A DNA stretch of 64,000 nucleotides from positions 84,630,001 through 84,694,000 of the forward strand of contig OX597823.1 in the NCBI GenBank assembly GCA_951406725.2, written 5' to 3'. Made by a program: the position numbers and the translations under genes. This document shows, in pieces, positions 60,269-64,000 of the stretch. The notes beneath the pieces are model-generated. The model did not search any database, was not told where the DNA came from, and worked only from the letters and a program-made list of their open reading frames with translations. Source of the stretch: Octopus vulgaris (taxonomy: Eukaryota). How positions within the stretch are numbered: the first letter of the stretch is position 1; each line of letters starts with the position of its first letter.

Positions 60269-60546
60269 ACACACACACACACACGCGCGCACACACACGC
60301 GCGCACACACACGCGCGCACACACACACACAGACAGACACACACACATATATATATATACGACAGGCTTCTTTCAGTTTCCGTCTACCAAACCCACTGAA
60401 TAGGCTACGGTCGGCCCGAGGCTAGGCTATAGTAGAAGACATTCTCCCAAGTTCTCACGCAGTGGGACTGAACCCGGAACTATATGGTTGGGGAGCAAAC
60501 GTATTACCACAAAGCTACTCCTGTGCATAAAGAACCTTGTATCAAT

Positions 60547-60628
60547 CGTTGTCGATAAGATTCGAACCTATACGGGGAGACCCCAATGGAGTTCTATTCC
60601 ATCGCCTTGATCACTCGGCCACGACAAA
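60547..60628 (-). tRNA. tRNA-Ser, anticodon AGA; probable pseudogene
   Basis: Minus strand tttgtcgtggccgagtgatcaaggcgatgga-atAGAac-tccattggggtctccccgtataggttcgaatcttatcgacaacg resembles metazoan tRNA-Ser(AGA). G1, the D-loop GG and anticodon-loop positions are altered. Confidence 0.8.
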
Positions 60629-61294
60629 AACCAATTTATTGTACATAATTTTCAAAAGCTGAAACTTACATGGACCGCCAAGATTCTTATGGACCCCGGG
60701 TGAGGACTACTAGATGAAACCCTTCAAAGCAGTGTTCTAGCATGGCCGCAATCCAATAACTGAGACAAGTAAGGAAATAAAAGAAAAGGCGAGGTCAAAT
60801 TTGGCATTAAGTCCTAACAAAACCGCTAAGCAACAGACCCATTAAAGATTTCCCTACTATTATAATTCTGATATTTTCTATTGGTATTAATTTCTATGTC
60901 ATAGGCGGCGAGTACCAGTTACGCACTGGGGTCGATGTTATCGACTTAATCCGTTTGTCTGTCCTTGTTTGCCCCCCTTGCGGGTAGTAAAGAAACAGGT
61001 ATTTCGTCTGCCGCTACGTTCTGAGTTCAAATTCCACACTGGTCAATATGATCCCAGATATCGAAAAACAAAAATTTATAAATAAAAAAATAAAACAACA
61101 GTCGCAGGAGTGGCTAGGTGGTAAGTAGATTGCTTACCAACCACATAATTCGGGCTCATTCCCACTGCGTGGCACCTTGGGCAAGTGTCTTCTACTATAG
61201 CCTCGGGCCGACCAAAGCCTTGTGAGTTGATTTGGTAGACGGAAACTGAAAGAAGCCCGTCGTATATAAGTATATATATATATATATATATATT

Positions 61295-61394
<100 letters not shown>

Positions 61395-61974
61395 TTTATA
61401 TATGTGTGTATGTTTTTGTGTCTTTGCCCCGTCCTCAACATAGCTTGACAACAAATGGTGGTGTGTTTACGTCCCCGTAAACTAGCGGTTCGGCAAGAGA
61501 GACAGATAGAATAAGTACTAGGCTTCCAAAGAATAAGTCCAGGGGTCGATTCGCTCGACTAAAAGGCGGTGCTCCAGCATGGCCGCAGTCACATGACTAA
61601 AAATAACTGAAAAGGAACAAAACAATTACTAGATATTTGAATGACTTTATTAAAAGAATTGTTCAGTTCGGGAAAAACCTGGAGCTAAACAAAAACAACA
61701 AAAGCCCCAACCAAAACCGTCCAACTCTTATTCTTCTATTCCATCTCATTCCAAGTCATTCCTAAACGTACTCCCCTCTCGTTTCTATTCTGCTAATAGC
61801 TATTTTGCTACCGTGTCATCTGATTCTCTATCATTCCTCTTACCTGCTGTGTTATCAGTCTGTGTGTGTGTGTGTGCGTGTTGTGTGAGTTTGTGTGTGT
61901 GTGTGTGTGTCTGTCTGTCTGTGTATGTGCGTGTGCATGAGTGTGTATATATGTGTGTGCATGTCTCTCTGTTA

Positions 61975-62034
<60 letters not shown>

Positions 62035-62084
62035 GCATGTCTGTCTGTCTACCTACCTACCTACCTACCTACCTACCTAGCTAC

Positions 62085-62178
<94 letters not shown>

Positions 62179-62668
62179 CACTTTTAAACTCATCATATCC
62201 CTGTTATCCCCCTAATAGATTACCTCCCCTTTTTCTCACACAATTCCACGAACATACTTACCTCCACTTGTTTCATTTTCAAATGTTCGTTATCTTTTTC
62301 TTTTTTCTCGTCGTTTACTTGTTATACCTTATTTTATCCTATACCAAGGCGGCGAGCTGGCAGAATCATTAGCAAACTGGATAAAATGTTTAACGTCATT
62401 TCGTTTGCTTTTGCGTTCTGAGTTCAAATTCCATCACAGATGCGTTTATCTTTCGGGATCGATTAAATAAGTACCTGTCAGAAATAAGTACCAGTATAAA
62501 AGCTGTGCCAAAATTTGGCTGTGGTAAGAAGCTTGCTTCCCAACGACATGGTTCCGGGTCCGGTACAACCAGTACGTGATACCTTGGGTGAGTGCCCTTT
62601 TCGGTAGCCTCGGGCCGACCAAAGGGTTGCGGATAGATTTGGGAGACAGAAACTGAAAGAAGCCCATC

Positions 62669-62789
<121 letters not shown>

Positions 62790-62939
62790 AAATTAGTGTA
62801 CAATTAAATACAAAAAGAGGTGACCCTTAAGAGGCTGCCTTACAAGATAGAAGGAGCAGTCAAAACACCCAAAACCACAGTTAAGAGCAATTTCGAAGGG
62901 AATGAAAAATAAAAACTTTTACCATGTTTTTACAGCCAG

Positions 62940-63004
62940 ACCTAGATTTCGAACTTTAATTATTAAATAAAATAATTTGCTAGGCGAAGTTCTCATCAGT
63001 AGGT
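62940..63004 (-). ncRNA. Type I hammerhead-like motif with vestigial stem III
   Basis: accta-CTGATGA-gaactt...aagttc-GAAA-TC-taggt. Lies in a segment inserted into the (TA)n tract of a SINE B copy. Confidence 0.65.
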
Positions 63005-63353
63005 ACGCCAAACATTAGCATATAATTTAGAGACAGAATAACACGTGACTCATCATTATATATTATAATTTTTCAAATCCACCGCGCAAACGCAGTTTCA
63101 GTCGGCAACAAATAGAAAATTATATGTATGTTTGTCCCCACCACCGCTTGATAACCGGTGTTGGCGTATTTAGGTTCCTGTACTGGGCGGTTCGGTACAA
63201 GAGAACTATAGAATGAATACCAGGCTTAAAAAAAAGAAGTATTAGGGTCGATCAATTCGACTAAAAAGTCATGGGGGTGCCCCAGCATGGCCGCAGTCTA
63301 ATTACTTGCATATATATATATATATATAAAGTAAAAGTTAAAAAGTAATCCTA

Positions 63354-63682
63354 CAGGGTGTTGAAATAGTCTCTCTGGAATGAATTTCTCGGCGAACGGA
63401 TTATTTCGAAGGGACTTTGGCCAGCAAGATCACCTGATTTAACAACACCCGACTTTGGGAGGGGGGCAGCAAGCAAAGGAGCGGTGTACATGAATTGCCC
63501 AAAAACCATTAATGAGCTAAAAGACGCGATCATAACCTTCACACGGTCCATGCCGTGTCAGACTATCCAAGATGCATTTTAAAACGTGTGTAGAAGAGTC
63601 AAGGACGACACATTCAACACCATCTTAATAAATACTTAAGTTTGCAATGAAATACTGCAGAGATAACTTTTCGAACACCCTG
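63354..63682 (+). mobile_element. Internally deleted Tc1/mariner-superfamily element; a second related copy begins at ~63742
   Basis: TIRs cagggtgttgaaa / ttcgaacaccctg. Remnant LWPARSPDLTTPDF. caagatgcattt.aaaac.tgtgtagaag recurs at ~63783. Confidence 0.75.
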
Positions 63683-63699
63683 TGTGTGCGCGGGTGGTT

Positions 63700-63741
<42 letters not shown>

Positions 63742-64000
63742 AGGGTGTTCAAAAAGTCTCTCTGCTGTGAATTTTTTGCATTCAAGATGCATTTCAAAAC
63801 ATGTGTAGAAGTGTCAACTTATGCATTGAAAAGGAATGACGACCCTGTCAACACATCTTTTCAAGTCCAAAGCACCATTAGGGATAAAAACTCGAAGGGA
63901 ATGAAAAATAACATTTACCATCTATTTCCTTGACCATGGTTTCAGACATTTTTTTAGGGAATATAATAATTAGCTAGGTAGCTGTTCCTTCTAGCGGGAA

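Overview
This is repeat-saturated, AT-rich animal genomic DNA, either intergenic or deep-intronic. The SINE families and extreme microsatellite load suggest a coleoid cephalopod, probably Octopus (inference). I found no intact host protein-coding gene, and nearly all ORFs in the supplied track are microsatellite translations. Retroelements: R4/Dong-clade LINE fragments sitting in (TAA)n tracts, a second RLE-LINE family, RTE and L1/Tx1 RT remnants, a Penelope GIY-YIG remnant, and many copies of four tRNA-derived SINE families. DNA elements: four Tc1/mariner-type elements, MITEs and a non-autonomous Helitron. Other features: two degenerate tRNA genes (Leu-AAG, Ser-AGA), a 16-bp minisatellite that flips orientation twice, and a near-perfect 1.3-kb palindrome. 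The most notable signal is about ten type I hammerhead-ribozyme-like motifs tied to Penelope-style inverted termini. Three of them belong to a small non-coding element (Pol III tRNA head + trinucleotide spacer + hammerhead) that inserts as a head-to-head inverted pair with a target-site duplication. All alignments and folds were done by eye, so coordinates of degenerate repeats are approximate.
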